From Delftia acidovorans NBRC 14950 (GTDB taxonomy: Bacteria > Pseudomonadota > Gammaproteobacteria > Burkholderiales > Burkholderiaceae_C): a stretch of DNA of 32,000 bases. Position 1 is the first letter of the stretch. Each line of letters begins with the position of its first letter. The stretch lies in the NCBI RefSeq assembly GCF_001598795.1, contig NZ_BCZP01000019.1, positions 1 through 32,000 on the forward strand, read 5' to 3'. A program made the translations under genes and the position numbers. The notes beneath the pieces were generated by a model. It searched no databases. It had not been told where the DNA came from and saw only the letters and a list, made by a program, of their open reading frames with translations. This document shows, in pieces, positions 14,450-23,612 of the stretch.

Positions 14450-14467
14450 GCTCTTCTCCTCCTGCTC

Positions 14468-15139
14468 TCACAGGGTATGGACCACGGTCACCTGGGGCTC
14501 GTCGTGACGGGTCGCACGGCGCAGATCGGCGTCGGGGCGGGCGCCGAAGTAGGCTTCAAACTCACCCAGCGCAGTGCCGGAGCGGGAGGGATCGAAGCCA
14601 TCGGAGTCCGGCAGACCGAAAGCGCGATGCAGCGCCCAGTGCACGAGGTAGGCGTGGTGAGCCTCATGTATCTCGGGTTTTTCGTTGCAGTGGGTCAATT
14701 GCTTGAGCGGTAGCCGATAGGCCTCCAGCCGCAGCGTCCCCGCCTCGCGCGGCGCAGGCACCAGGCGCAGCCGCGTCTCGGTCTGGATGGCGAAGCGAGG
14801 CTCGCCCGGCCCGTGATCGCGCCAGTGCGGATGTTTGGCATCCAGAAATTCGCGCGACACGAGGTCCAGCCCGCACGCGTGCGATGTGGCCGCGCTCACG
14901 AACCGCAGATGCGATATTTCGTAGACCTTTGGATGCAGCTGGTAGCTGACCACCCCGGCCGCGACAGCGATTTCGCACACGGCAGGCGTGGAATCGTCCA
15001 GCAGCAGGCGGCCACGCACTGCGGCTTCGGCCTGTGCCTCATTGAGCCAGGCCAGCACCTCGGGTTCGCCCCAGAGATAGGGTTGCTCCCGGTCAAGGGA
15101 GTCCACCCGGAACTGTTCCACCAGCTGCTGAACGTTCAT
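14468..15139 (-). CDS. Hypothetical head-completion / head-tail adaptor-like protein
   Basis: ATGA overlap with the upstream gene. It lies downstream of the capsid genes. The function is assigned by position only. Confidence 0.65.
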   Translation of the reverse strand: MNVQQLVEQFRVDSLDREQPYLWGEPEVLAWLNEAQAEAAVRGRLLLDDSTPAVCEIAVAAGVVSYQLHPKVYEISHLRFVSAATSHACGLDLVSREFLDAKHPHWRDHGPGEPRFAIQTETRLRLVPAPREAGTLRLEAYRLPLKQLTHCNEKPEIHEAHHAYLVHWALHRAFGLPDSDGFDPSRSGTALGEFEAYFGARPDADLRRATRHDEPQVTVVHTL

Positions 15140-15588
15140 ACCGCGCCGTACTCGTCAATGAAGGCGAACACCTTGGCGCGCATGTTCTCCAGGGTCATGG
15201 TCTTGGGCACCACCTGGTTGTAGGTGTCCTTGGCGAACACCTGCAGCCCTTCCTTGTCCATGTTCGAGACCTGGTCCAGCAGCTCCTGGCGACGCACGTC
15301 CTTGGCGCGCTGCTCATCCTGCAGGCGCTGTGCCTCGGCAAGCTGAGCAGCCGTATCGTCCGGGGGCATGCTGGGGGCCTGCTGACCATCCTGGCCCGCG
15401 CCGGCCTCCTCGACCACCGCTGCGCGCTGGAACAGGTCGCCATGGCGCAGGAAGTTCTTGGCGATGGATGCAGGAAGGCCGCGCACCTGCTCGAATTCGA
15501 ACGAGAGGCCGGTGCCATACAGGCGGTCGATGTACGAGGGGCGGCGCCCGATGTACTGGACCGCGACATTGGTTTCTTGATTCATCAT
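15136..15588 (-). CDS. Hypothetical phage head-module protein (150 aa)
   Basis: Clean ORF in the head module with good codon bias. No recognisable motifs. Confidence 0.65.
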   Translation of the reverse strand: MMNQETNVAVQYIGRRPSYIDRLYGTGLSFEFEQVRGLPASIAKNFLRHGDLFQRAAVVEEAGAGQDGQQAPSMPPDDTAAQLAEAQRLQDEQRAKDVRRQELLDQVSNMDKEGLQVFAKDTYNQVVPKTMTLENMRAKVFAFIDEYGAV

Positions 15589-15653
15589 GAGCCTCTGCGG
15601 TTCATGCCAGCGCGGAAAGAGGCGTCACCGCCCCTTTTGGCCGCGCGGCGGGG

Positions 15654-16133
15654 TCAGTCCGCGCCCAGGCCTTCGCCGTGGACGATGAGATCCAGGTAGC
15701 CTGCCTCGGCCACGGCCGCGCCGGTGATGGTCAGCAGCAGCGTCACGGCGGCGGGGAACTTGGCCAGCTTCTTGGTCAGGTTCAGGCGCAGGTTCGCCAC
15801 GGTTGCCAGGTCGATGCCCGCGCCGAAGTAGTTGGAGGCCTGGGGCAGCTCGGGCCGGTCCACGCCGTCGGTGTATTCAAAGCCCAGCGAGGCCGTGACG
15901 CCCGTGCCGAAGCCGTTGGACACGATCAGCGACACCGCCTCGACCAGGAAGCCCGGCTGCAGCGTGTTGATCTGCACGACATCATTGACGGCCAGCGCCG
16001 CGACGGCGTTGGAACGCACCGGGATGCCCGTGGCGCCCGTTTCCAGCACGCTGCGGATGGTGGTCACATTGCCATAGGGACGGGCGCCGCCGAACTGATT
16101 GCGGTCGGCGCCCAGGATTTTGATCTTTGCCAT
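15654..16133 (-). CDS. Hypothetical structural protein immediately after the major capsid gene (possible decoration/minor capsid protein)
   Basis: AAAGGAG lies 6-7 nt before ATG 16133. The sequence is beta-rich. The call is by position only. Confidence 0.7.
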   Translation of the reverse strand: MAKIKILGADRNQFGGARPYGNVTTIRSVLETGATGIPVRSNAVAALAVNDVVQINTLQPGFLVEAVSLIVSNGFGTGVTASLGFEYTDGVDRPELPQASNYFGAGIDLATVANLRLNLTKKLAKFPAAVTLLLTITGAAVAEAGYLDLIVHGEGLGAD

Positions 16134-16164
16134 GATTGGCTCCTTTGGAAGTTCAGAAGCGAGA

Positions 16165-16183
16165 CAGGGGGCCGCGCCCCCTG
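16165..16183 (-). terminator. Stem-loop directly after the major capsid gene (possible partial terminator or attenuator)
   Basis: Minus-strand CAGGGGGC-GCG-GCCCCCTG followed by TCTCGCTTCTG. It lies between stop 16193 and ATG 16133. Confidence 0.4.
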
Positions 16184-16192
16184 CCCCAGGCC

Positions 16193-17479
16193 TTACAGGC
16201 GGCGGCCGAAGATCGGCACCACGGTGTCGATCACGGTGGCGCCGTGGTCGGTGAACTCGACCCGATCACCCATATCCACGGCGAAGCGGATCTTGGAGGC
16301 GCCCAGAATGCCGCCGATCAGCGATTCGAGCTTGTCCTCGAAGTCGTCGTCCTGCTCCTTCCAGAAGTACGGCAGGCCGTTGTGGCGGCTCTTGGCGTAG
16401 CCCTTGGCCAGGGCCTGGCCGCCCAGCAGAATGGCGCGGTCCACAGCGAAGGTTTCGCCGAAGGACTGGGGCACGATCACGCCGGCCTCGGTCTCGCTGT
16501 CGAACTCGGTGCAGTACTTGATCTGATCACCAGCAAAGAAGCGGATCGGCTTGGGCATCTTCACGATCAGCACGCCGCCCCACAGGGCCACCTCGGGATT
16601 GCGGAACAGCGGGTGGTCCTTGGCATTGCGCGCGCGGGCCAGGGCCTGGGCTTGGTAATTCCGGAAGTTCGGGTCGGTGGAGAACTTCTCGTACTGGGCA
16701 TCCGACACCAGCAGCACCCGGAACGGGCTGTCCTTGGCCATCTCGTCGCCATTGAACTCCACGGGGGGCGGCGGGAGCACCATCTGGCCGATGAAGCTGC
16801 GGATGGCGTCCACGTTGGACATCTTCATGATGTCGGCCGTGGTCAGGTCCACCTCGCCGGCATTCACCTTGAAGCGCTGGACCGAATCCCCGTCCACGAT
16901 GAAATGGCGGTTCTTGGTCGGAGCCTTCACGCGGTTGACCACCACCTTGTTGAAGCGAGGATCCGCCGCGAGGGGGATGCGCCAGGTGATGTTGTCTTCG
17001 AAGCCGCGCGCTCCTGCCATGTGCACCAGCGACAACTGGTCCTCGTAGTTGTCCATGGCGCTTTGCAGCAAAGGCTTGGCCAGGCGGTAGATATCGACGG
17101 GGCTGCGCACCTCGTCCATCACGCCGCCCAGGTCCAGCGGGAAGCGGGCCTGGTTCACGCGCAGACGGTCTTCGGACAGGCTCACGCCCTCGCCGCGACC
17201 GGCAGCGTACTCGCCGCCCATGATGGGGATGCCGCCAACCGGGTTGACGAAGTTGAACTTCAGCTCGTCGCCCTTGCCCTTGCCCAGGTCCATGGTCTGG
17301 ACGATGGGCATGGTATTGCTCGTCTGATTGGCAATCGAGCTGGCGGCAGCATCGATCTTCGGGAACTTGCCCGTAAGACGGTTGATGTTGGAATGGCGCT
17401 TCTGCGTTGCAGTGAAAACGCCCATGGCCTGCTGGACAAGCTTTTGCTTGTCGCTGGCCGACATTGCGGTTTTGGTCAT
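16193..17479 (-). CDS. Major capsid protein (428 aa)
   Basis: GAGGA lies 6 nt before ATG 17479. The size and its position after the scaffold gene fit a capsid gene, and a hairpin follows it. It possibly belongs to the N4-gp56-like capsid family, from memory only. Confidence 0.8.
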   Translation of the reverse strand: MTKTAMSASDKQKLVQQAMGVFTATQKRHSNINRLTGKFPKIDAAASSIANQTSNTMPIVQTMDLGKGKGDELKFNFVNPVGGIPIMGGEYAAGRGEGVSLSEDRLRVNQARFPLDLGGVMDEVRSPVDIYRLAKPLLQSAMDNYEDQLSLVHMAGARGFEDNITWRIPLAADPRFNKVVVNRVKAPTKNRHFIVDGDSVQRFKVNAGEVDLTTADIMKMSNVDAIRSFIGQMVLPPPPVEFNGDEMAKDSPFRVLLVSDAQYEKFSTDPNFRNYQAQALARARNAKDHPLFRNPEVALWGGVLIVKMPKPIRFFAGDQIKYCTEFDSETEAGVIVPQSFGETFAVDRAILLGGQALAKGYAKSRHNGLPYFWKEQDDDFEDKLESLIGGILGASKIRFAVDMGDRVEFTDHGATVIDTVVPIFGRRL

Positions 17480-17496
17480 GTCAGTCCTCGCTCAGT

Positions 17497-18561
17497 TCAG
17501 GTTTTTCGGCTCAGGAACGCTTCGCGCTGTTCTTCCGTGAGGTCGTTCATCGCGTTGAAGAGCTCCACGCCTTGGAGCGAATCCAGCCGTTCGAACAGTG
17601 ACCCGCCACCCGGACGGCCACCCGGGATGTCCGAGAGGCTGTGAGGCACGGGCACTTCGAGGGCCGCCAGCTTTTCCTTGGCAGCGTTGGCCGGGTCGTT
17701 CGGAGGATCCTTTGAAGCGGGCGCGGCGGAAGCGGCAGCTGCGGCCTTGTAGTCCTTGAAGAGCTCGATCACCTGCTCGGTGGTGCCGCCGTCCAGCACG
17801 CCGCGAGCGGCGCTTTGCGCGTAGCTGGGCATGGCCTTGAGCCACGCGTCAAACTCCGCGCTCTGGGCGATGGAATCCACGTCGGGGTGTGCCGTGTAGA
17901 TGGCGTTCGTGTGCACTTCATGGGCCGAGGCATGGCGGTGCTGACGCAGCGGAGCCAGCTCGCGCTCGACTTCTGCCTGCAGTTCCGCCTTCAGCTCTGC
18001 CTTGAGCTGCTCGCGGGTGGCCGCGTGCAGCTTCAGCAGACCGGCGCGAAGCCCTTCTTCCGAGTAGTCGCCGAACAGCTCCGGATCCGCGCCGGCCTCG
18101 ATGGCCGCGCCTGCCTGCGCTGCCAGCTTGTCCGTCTCGGTCGGTGCCTTGCCATCGGCAGCGCGTTGGCCCGCCTGTGCCTGCAGCTCGGCCAGGGCGG
18201 CCTCTGCTGCGGTGGCACGGGCGGTCTCACGCTCGGCCTCAGACTTCCAGCGCTGTTCGCCCTGGCGTGCCTGTTCCAACTTCTCGTAGGGGATGGTGTG
18301 CTTGCCGTCTCGGGCCAGCACCACGGCATTCGCCGGGTCTGGCTCGGCCGGCGCAGCTACGCCCCCTGGCTTCGCTACCGCTTCCACAGCGGGTGCAGCA
18401 GGAGTGTTTGCCGGATCAGTGGCGGTCGCTGGCGCGCCGCCGGGTTCCTCGGACACAGCCGAGGTATCGCCATGCAACCCAGCGTTGAGCATCTGGGTCA
18501 ACTGATCGGCCGACAGTTCGCCGCCCGCGCTATCCAAAGAATCCTGATGTGATGTCGTCAT
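17497..18561 (-). CDS. Scaffolding protein
   Basis: It sits between portal and capsid and is Ala/Glu/Gln-rich with a helical character (...ELQAQAGQRAADGKAPTETDKLAAQAGAAIEAG...). I prefer ATG 18561 over the TTG at 18603 used in the track. Confidence 0.7.
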   Translation of the reverse strand: MTTSHQDSLDSAGGELSADQLTQMLNAGLHGDTSAVSEEPGGAPATATDPANTPAAPAVEAVAKPGGVAAPAEPDPANAVVLARDGKHTIPYEKLEQARQGEQRWKSEAERETARATAAEAALAELQAQAGQRAADGKAPTETDKLAAQAGAAIEAGADPELFGDYSEEGLRAGLLKLHAATREQLKAELKAELQAEVERELAPLRQHRHASAHEVHTNAIYTAHPDVDSIAQSAEFDAWLKAMPSYAQSAARGVLDGGTTEQVIELFKDYKAAAAASAAPASKDPPNDPANAAKEKLAALEVPVPHSLSDIPGGRPGGGSLFERLDSLQGVELFNAMNDLTEEQREAFLSRKT

Positions 18562-18646
18562 GCCTGTCCCGCCACATATCGCCGTGGCCGCATGGGCCAG
18601 CAATCCGGAGCAGCGCCTGGGCGCCGCGCCATCTGCTCTTGAATCC

Positions 18647-18664
18647 GCAGCGCCGAAGCGCCGC
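18647..18664 (-). promoter_or_regulatory. UUCG-loop hairpin in the scaffold leader
   Basis: Minus-strand GCGGCGC-TTCG-GCGCTGC. One position pairs only as G-U on the minus-strand RNA and is an A-C mismatch on the plus strand. This favours a function as minus-strand RNA. Confidence 0.4.
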
Positions 18665-18725
18665 AGTCATCGCCACAGCGACATGCGCCATGGCTTGAAA
18701 GCAGTGTCAAAAAGCGGGGGAGGAA

Positions 18726-18745
18726 AGACCAACCCTAGACGGGGC
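18726..18745 (-). promoter_or_regulatory. Conserved intergenic motif, copy 3 (minus strand GCCCCGTCTAGGGTTGGTCT)
   Basis: The AACCCTAG core is at 18731..18738, just downstream (minus sense) of the post-portal terminator. Its distance to the scaffold ATG is 170 nt, unlike the other copies. Confidence 0.5.
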
Positions 18746-18751
18746 GGGAAT

Positions 18752-18773
18752 GGAAAAGCCGCCCGAAGGCGGC
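18752..18773 (-). terminator. Rho-independent terminator after the portal gene
   Basis: Minus-strand GCCGCC-TTCG-GGCGGC followed by TTTTCC. It starts about 20 nt after the portal stop at 18794. Confidence 0.6.
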
Positions 18774-18793
18774 ATGGGAATGGCGGCAGGGCG

Positions 18794-21139
18794 TTACGCG
18801 CCGGCGGGTAAGTTGTCGGCATCGGAGGGCGTCTCGATGCCCTGCATGCCGCGCGACGGTTCCTGCGGGATGGGTGGGAATGTGGGGCTGGTGTTCTCGT
18901 GCACCTGGCCGATGTCGCCGACCGCGCCCGGCCCGCCCGCCTGCGGCACTGGGCCACCAGGCGCCGCGTCCGGTACCGGAAAGTCAGGATCGTCGCCACC
19001 GGGACTGGGCTTTCGATAGCCGGCGCCCTGCATGATGGCGTCGGCAATGGGCGCGATCAGCGGGTTCGCTGCCACCTGGGCCCCGCCCTGCATCGAACTG
19101 AAGGCCGATTGCACGCCCTTGAGCACGGCTGCCGCGACGGTGTCTTGGATCTGGGCATCGGTAAGCCGCTCCTTGATGTCCAGTTCGCGGGCCTTGAGGT
19201 CGTGGCCGGCTTTGGTCAGGGCCGCCTGCACCTCCTGCTGGATCCGCTGCTCGACCTGCTCCGGGCTCTCCTGGGAGCCGGCCGCGCGCAGGGCCTCGAT
19301 GATCTCGCGCTTGTACGGCGTGTCCATGAGCGCAACCATGTAGGGCATGGCGGCCTGCTGGAACTGTGGCGGCATTGTCTTGATGACCTCCTGCATCGCA
19401 TACAGCTGCTGAGAGCGATAGCCGGGCGTGCTGGGCACGTCCTCGAGCTGGACCTTCAGCAGGGTCCGCTGCACGTCGTTGCTCAGGTAGGTGTAGCCGG
19501 CCGGGTCGGTCTCGATCTTGTTGAGCACCACCGACCGATCCTCGGTGACGGCATCGCCCTCGATGATCACCGTCTTTTCCTTGGCGCCCAGGTCCTGGAC
19601 GATCATGGCCAGCAGCATCTCGCCCATGAGGGTGCGCGCGCGCCGGAAGTTGCCCATGATCTCGCCCAGCGCCTGGTTGGCCTGCTCCAGCTGAGTGCGC
19701 TCCTGCAGGCCGCTGGTCGCATTGCCGCGCTGGCCCGTGAAGGCCGCCGGCGCCGCGGACAGCTGCTCGAAGACCGCGCGGCAGTCGTTCATGAGCTGGT
19801 GCTGCTGATCGGTGAGCTGAACATCCCGCTTCACCTCGAAGCGCGCGCCATCCTTTGCCATGTGCTCCTGGTTCAGCACCACATGGGCGTTGCGGCGGCC
19901 GATGGTGCGGCGCAGGACCGCGTCCGGCATATCCGTCGCGCCCTTGGTGTTCTCGACCCGGTAGGCGGACAGCCCCCAGCGCATGAGCGCCGTGCCACTG
20001 TTCAAGCTGTCTTGCTGGTAGATCAGCCCGCGCACGTAGCCATAGGGCACGCGCGTGGAATCCTCGCGGAAGCCCCAGAAGATCACGTAAGGGAAATGGC
20101 TGTGCGGATATGGCGACGGGCTGTCATGCAGCTTGTGCGGCCCGAGCCAGTAGCTGCGGCGCACCTTGGCCACGATGGCCTTGAAGGCCTTGGTCATGCC
20201 CGTGGCTAGGCCGTAGTTGTGGGCCTGGTTACCCGCGTCGTACTCGACCACGCGGCCATCGGGCGACTCGATCAGAACCACCTCGACCCAACGCCGATAC
20301 CAAAGCTCGGTCAGGCACAACTGCTTGTTGGTGCGGTCGTACCAGCGCGCTTCTTCCACCGTCCAGCCGCGCGCATCCTGGCCCGCATTGGTCAGGCCCG
20401 TAGTGCTGCCGCCCTGGTTGGCCAGCCGTCCCGGGTAGCCCTGCTGCCACCAGGTGGCGCCGTTGCGCCCGCAGGACAGTACCAGTTCGCGCGCCTGCGG
20501 AAATGCGCGCGCGATGCGCTCGGGGTGCAGCCATTTGTCCCGCTTGAAATACCGCGCGTCGCTGAGATCCCACTCCTCGGCAGTCCAGTCCCAGCGCACC
20601 TCGCTGCGGCGCACGACCGCGCATTTGTAGCGGTACTGTGTTGGATCACTCACGCGCTGCACGCCCACGCAGCCAAAGCCCACGGCGGCCTGGGGCCGGA
20701 AGGCATCGCTGCAGGCATTGTCTGCATGGGACTCCCGCTCGGCCTCGTTCAGCTCGACGTTGAGTGCGTCGGCCACATCCTTGCTGCCCGTCTGGCCGTT
20801 GGCCGTGACGCGCCAGTCCGTGCGCGTGGTCTGCTCGTAGCCCGTGAGCGCACGCAGCGTGGGCCCGATGCGGTCTTCAATGGCCGGCGGAATGCCCTGC
20901 TCCTTCATGGCGTTCAGCAGCTCGGTGTCCAGCTGCTTGCCGTCGGCATAGTCCATCTCCTTGTCGGCCGCGATGCGCCATGGCGGCTCCTCGTCCATCT
21001 CGCGCAGCCATTCCGTGTATTCGTGGAGCGACACCTCGCCCTCACCCATGCGCAGATCATCATCCCCGGCGTCGAGAGAACCCTCGGATTCGGGCGAGTC
21101 CACGTCCATCGTGCTGGTGTTGATCAATTGAGCCTCCAA
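18794..21139 (-). CDS. Portal protein (781 aa)
   Basis: It lies immediately downstream of terL and overlaps it. The size and acidic N-terminus fit a portal protein. The start is uncertain: TTG 21139, in-frame TTG 21127 (preceded by GGAGG) or ATG 21109. Confidence 0.75.
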   Translation of the reverse strand: MEAQLINTSTMDVDSPESEGSLDAGDDDLRMGEGEVSLHEYTEWLREMDEEPPWRIAADKEMDYADGKQLDTELLNAMKEQGIPPAIEDRIGPTLRALTGYEQTTRTDWRVTANGQTGSKDVADALNVELNEAERESHADNACSDAFRPQAAVGFGCVGVQRVSDPTQYRYKCAVVRRSEVRWDWTAEEWDLSDARYFKRDKWLHPERIARAFPQARELVLSCGRNGATWWQQGYPGRLANQGGSTTGLTNAGQDARGWTVEEARWYDRTNKQLCLTELWYRRWVEVVLIESPDGRVVEYDAGNQAHNYGLATGMTKAFKAIVAKVRRSYWLGPHKLHDSPSPYPHSHFPYVIFWGFREDSTRVPYGYVRGLIYQQDSLNSGTALMRWGLSAYRVENTKGATDMPDAVLRRTIGRRNAHVVLNQEHMAKDGARFEVKRDVQLTDQQHQLMNDCRAVFEQLSAAPAAFTGQRGNATSGLQERTQLEQANQALGEIMGNFRRARTLMGEMLLAMIVQDLGAKEKTVIIEGDAVTEDRSVVLNKIETDPAGYTYLSNDVQRTLLKVQLEDVPSTPGYRSQQLYAMQEVIKTMPPQFQQAAMPYMVALMDTPYKREIIEALRAAGSQESPEQVEQRIQQEVQAALTKAGHDLKARELDIKERLTDAQIQDTVAAAVLKGVQSAFSSMQGGAQVAANPLIAPIADAIMQGAGYRKPSPGGDDPDFPVPDAAPGGPVPQAGGPGAVGDIGQVHENTSPTFPPIPQEPSRGMQGIETPSDADNLPAGA

Positions 21140-22671
21140 TCGGTCTCTTCGGGTTCTTCGTATTCGTGGCGCTTGCTGCCGGGCTCAGGAATGCCCTGGA
21201 CAAAGGTCATTGCCACCGCGTCGCCCTTGTCAGGGGAGCGGCCAAGCGCCTTGCGGATGTCGTCCTTGGAAAGCATCTGGATCGCCGCGACCCGGCCCAG
21301 GGTCACAACCTTGTAGCGAACGGCTGTCAGGTCGGCCAGCAGCTCGGGGTCCGGCGGCAGCGCAATGGGATTGGGGTTGGTTGGGTCCAGGGCCTCACGC
21401 AGCAGCCAGTACATCTCCGCGCGCCGGTTCCGGAATCGCAGATTGCCAGCCATGGTCATGGCGTTGGACGTTTCCGAGCCGTTGACCGCGAGCACCAGCA
21501 GATTCAGTCCCACGATGAAATCCAGGGCGCTGGAGCCGATGCCGATGCTGTCCACGCAGATGCACGCACCGTCGCGCACTAGGGGCGTGACAAAGCCCGC
21601 AGTGGTCGGGCCGTCCTTGGTGACCGCGCCGGGCACGGTGATCAGTTCATCGAACCAGGCGCCGTGGCGCCGCGCCGCCGAGGTCTTGTCGATGCCGCCG
21701 CGCGCCGGGTCCAGGCCCAGGGCCGTCATGCCACCCTTGGCTTCGCGCGGCTTCCACCGGGCCTGCGCCGCCTTCACCCATTCGGTGGGGATCACCTGCC
21801 AGGCCGGGTCCGCGCTGCCGGCATTGAAGTCGCCATTCAGCATCTTGCTGCGTAGCGGCTCAGGCAAGGACTGCAGCGTGGCCTTGTAGCCCGTGGACAG
21901 CAGGAATAGGTTGTCGTTCACGCTGGAAGGGATGAACGTCCGGCTCTTGGGCGTCATCAGGTCCGGGCCGACCATCACGGGCTCAGGGCCAGGCACCTCC
22001 TGGTCCTCGCCCTTCTCATTGGTCACGAACCAGCGCAGTTCGCCCGGCTTTGCCGGGTTCGGGTGCGAAGGCTCCAGCCACGGCGCCCAGAAGCGCTTGA
22101 CCCACTCGCCTTCGGGCTCGGTGGGCGGATTCCCCGCGCACACCACACGCTGCCGGATGGTCGGGTCATCGGTGCGCAGCCAGCCAATCAGGGACCGGAA
22201 TTGCAGTTCGGTGAAGTGGGTGATCTCATCGAAGCCTTTGAAGTCGTGCGCGCGGCCCTGGTACTTGATCCAGTCGCCCGGCTCCTTCACGCTGCCCAGC
22301 TCCAACACCTTGCCCTGCGGCAGCCGCCAGATCCCGTCCTGGCTGTTGTAGCCATCGCGCGTACCCAGGATCGATGTCATGCGCTCTTCGATGCCGGTGA
22401 GCTGCACGGACTGGCGCCGGAAGATGATGCTGTGCTTTTGCTTGGTCAGCGGCAGGCCGAGCAGCAGATCGGTCTTGCCGCCGCCGGCCGCGCCGCCGTA
22501 GAAGACGATATCGGCGTCGGATTCGAAGGCCACGGTCTGGGGGCCAGGCTGCGGGACCCAGATCGGCGCATCGCCAGACAGCAGCAGGGAGTCCAGCTCC
22601 GCGCGCGTGTCCGCGTCCAGGCCCTTGAGCAGATCCAGGATGTCGGCTGTGGTCAGCGCGGGCGTGGTCAT
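21124..22671 (-). CDS. terL: Terminase large subunit
   Basis: Walker A-like FYGGAAGGGKTDLLLG. ATGA overlap with terS. The size and position fit. Confidence 0.9.
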   Translation of the reverse strand: MTTPALTTADILDLLKGLDADTRAELDSLLLSGDAPIWVPQPGPQTVAFESDADIVFYGGAAGGGKTDLLLGLPLTKQKHSIIFRRQSVQLTGIEERMTSILGTRDGYNSQDGIWRLPQGKVLELGSVKEPGDWIKYQGRAHDFKGFDEITHFTELQFRSLIGWLRTDDPTIRQRVVCAGNPPTEPEGEWVKRFWAPWLEPSHPNPAKPGELRWFVTNEKGEDQEVPGPEPVMVGPDLMTPKSRTFIPSSVNDNLFLLSTGYKATLQSLPEPLRSKMLNGDFNAGSADPAWQVIPTEWVKAAQARWKPREAKGGMTALGLDPARGGIDKTSAARRHGAWFDELITVPGAVTKDGPTTAGFVTPLVRDGACICVDSIGIGSSALDFIVGLNLLVLAVNGSETSNAMTMAGNLRFRNRRAEMYWLLREALDPTNPNPIALPPDPELLADLTAVRYKVVTLGRVAAIQMLSKDDIRKALGRSPDKGDAVAMTFVQGIPEPGSKRHEYEEPEETDWRLN

Positions 22672-23582
22672 TTCTCACCCCGCTTCGCCGCGAGCGTGGC
22701 CAGCAGCATGGCCGCGCCTGGCCCGCCGTTGAGCAGTGCCGCCAGCCGCACAGCCCGCTCTGCATCGGTCATCTGCTTGAGCATGAAGGGATCGCTCTTC
22801 TGCTCGTTGTCCTTCTCGTAGAGGCCGGTGTGCTTGAACAGCTTCTCCAGGATGGCCACCTTGTCATGGAACATGACCTCGATGCCGTACTTGCCTTCCT
22901 TGGCGCCGGCATACAGCGCACGCGCGGGCGTGCTGAGCCTGCGAGTGTCCTTCGTCACCACGCGCGAATGGCCATCGCCACCGCACTGCGGGCAGTCTGG
23001 GCTGGGCTCCAGCAGAGGGTTGAAGCCAATGCCGCCCTGCTCATCGAAGTCTGCCGGCGCATTGCCCTTCACGGCCCAGAGCTCACGGTCAGCATTCATC
23101 TCGCCCACCGTGCGCTGGTAACGGTTGCCCTCGCCAAAGCAGTGGCGGCAGCAGCCGGTCTTGACCTCAACCAGCTCACGGGGATCAGCAACCAGGATGT
23201 TCAGGGCCTCGGTGAGCACGCGGTCAGCACTGACCTGGGTGCGCTCCTGCTGCTGCTTCCGTGCCTCTGCGATTGCCGCCTGCAGGTAAGGTTTTGCTAG
23301 GTTTTCAGTAGCAATCTGTTTGGCCGTGTGAACGCTATAGCCGGCGCGGATGGCGGCCTGGGCACCGTTGAGGTCAACGAGGTACTCCTCCACGAAGCGC
23401 TGCTGCTTCGGAGTCAGAGTCTGGGCATCTGCAGCGTTGGCCTGCAATGCCTTGCGTACAGGCTTCTTGGCCGCTGGACGCTTCGCAGGAACGGCAGAGC
23501 CTGCGGCCTTCTTCACGGCTGCAGGCTTCTTGGGGACTGGTTTCTTTTGAGGCTCGGACTTGCCGGCAGGACGTTGGGCCAT
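22668..23582 (-). CDS. terS: Terminase small subunit (Terminase_2-like core) with a Lys/Pro/Ala-rich N-terminal tail and a Cys4 insert
   Basis: LTPKQQRFVEEYLVDLNGAQAAIRAGYS is the classic small-terminase HTH signature. The N-terminus reads AGKSEPQKKPVPKKPAAVKKAAG... The Cys pairs CCRHC (nt ~23139..23155) and CPQC (22971..22994) are present. Confidence 0.88.
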   Translation of the reverse strand: MAQRPAGKSEPQKKPVPKKPAAVKKAAGSAVPAKRPAAKKPVRKALQANAADAQTLTPKQQRFVEEYLVDLNGAQAAIRAGYSVHTAKQIATENLAKPYLQAAIAEARKQQQERTQVSADRVLTEALNILVADPRELVEVKTGCCRHCFGEGNRYQRTVGEMNADRELWAVKGNAPADFDEQGGIGFNPLLEPSPDCPQCGGDGHSRVVTKDTRRLSTPARALYAGAKEGKYGIEVMFHDKVAILEKLFKHTGLYEKDNEQKSDPFMLKQMTDAERAVRLAALLNGGPGAAMLLATLAAKRGEK

Positions 23583-23612
23583 GACTGGGAGTGTTCCCGC
23601 ACGACCTGAGGA

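Noticed and set aside
16136-17644. 502-aa plus-strand ORF across the capsid gene
   Set aside because: It is the antisense shadow of the major capsid gene. It has no RBS, its composition is junk-like, and the minus frame has a proper RBS and context.
18603-18603. TTG 18603 as the scaffold start (as in the track), and GTG 12067 as the start of the secreted cargo gene
   Set aside because: Downstream ATGs (18561 and 12106) have better RBS context. For 12106, the ATG start also places the signal peptide at the N-terminus. The longer forms cannot be excluded.
18532-18691. 53-codon minus-strand ORF (MAHVAVAMTAALRRCGFKSRW...) in the portal-scaffold gap
   Set aside because: It is Arg-rich with no RBS and overlaps the scaffold start. 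The same sequence forms stable hairpins, so I treat the region as a non-coding leader. Ribo-seq could revisit this.
18899-21316. Plus-strand ORFs 18899..20209 and 20219..21316 opposite the portal gene
   Set aside because: These are antisense shadow frames of a 781-codon minus-strand ORF that is translationally linked to terL.
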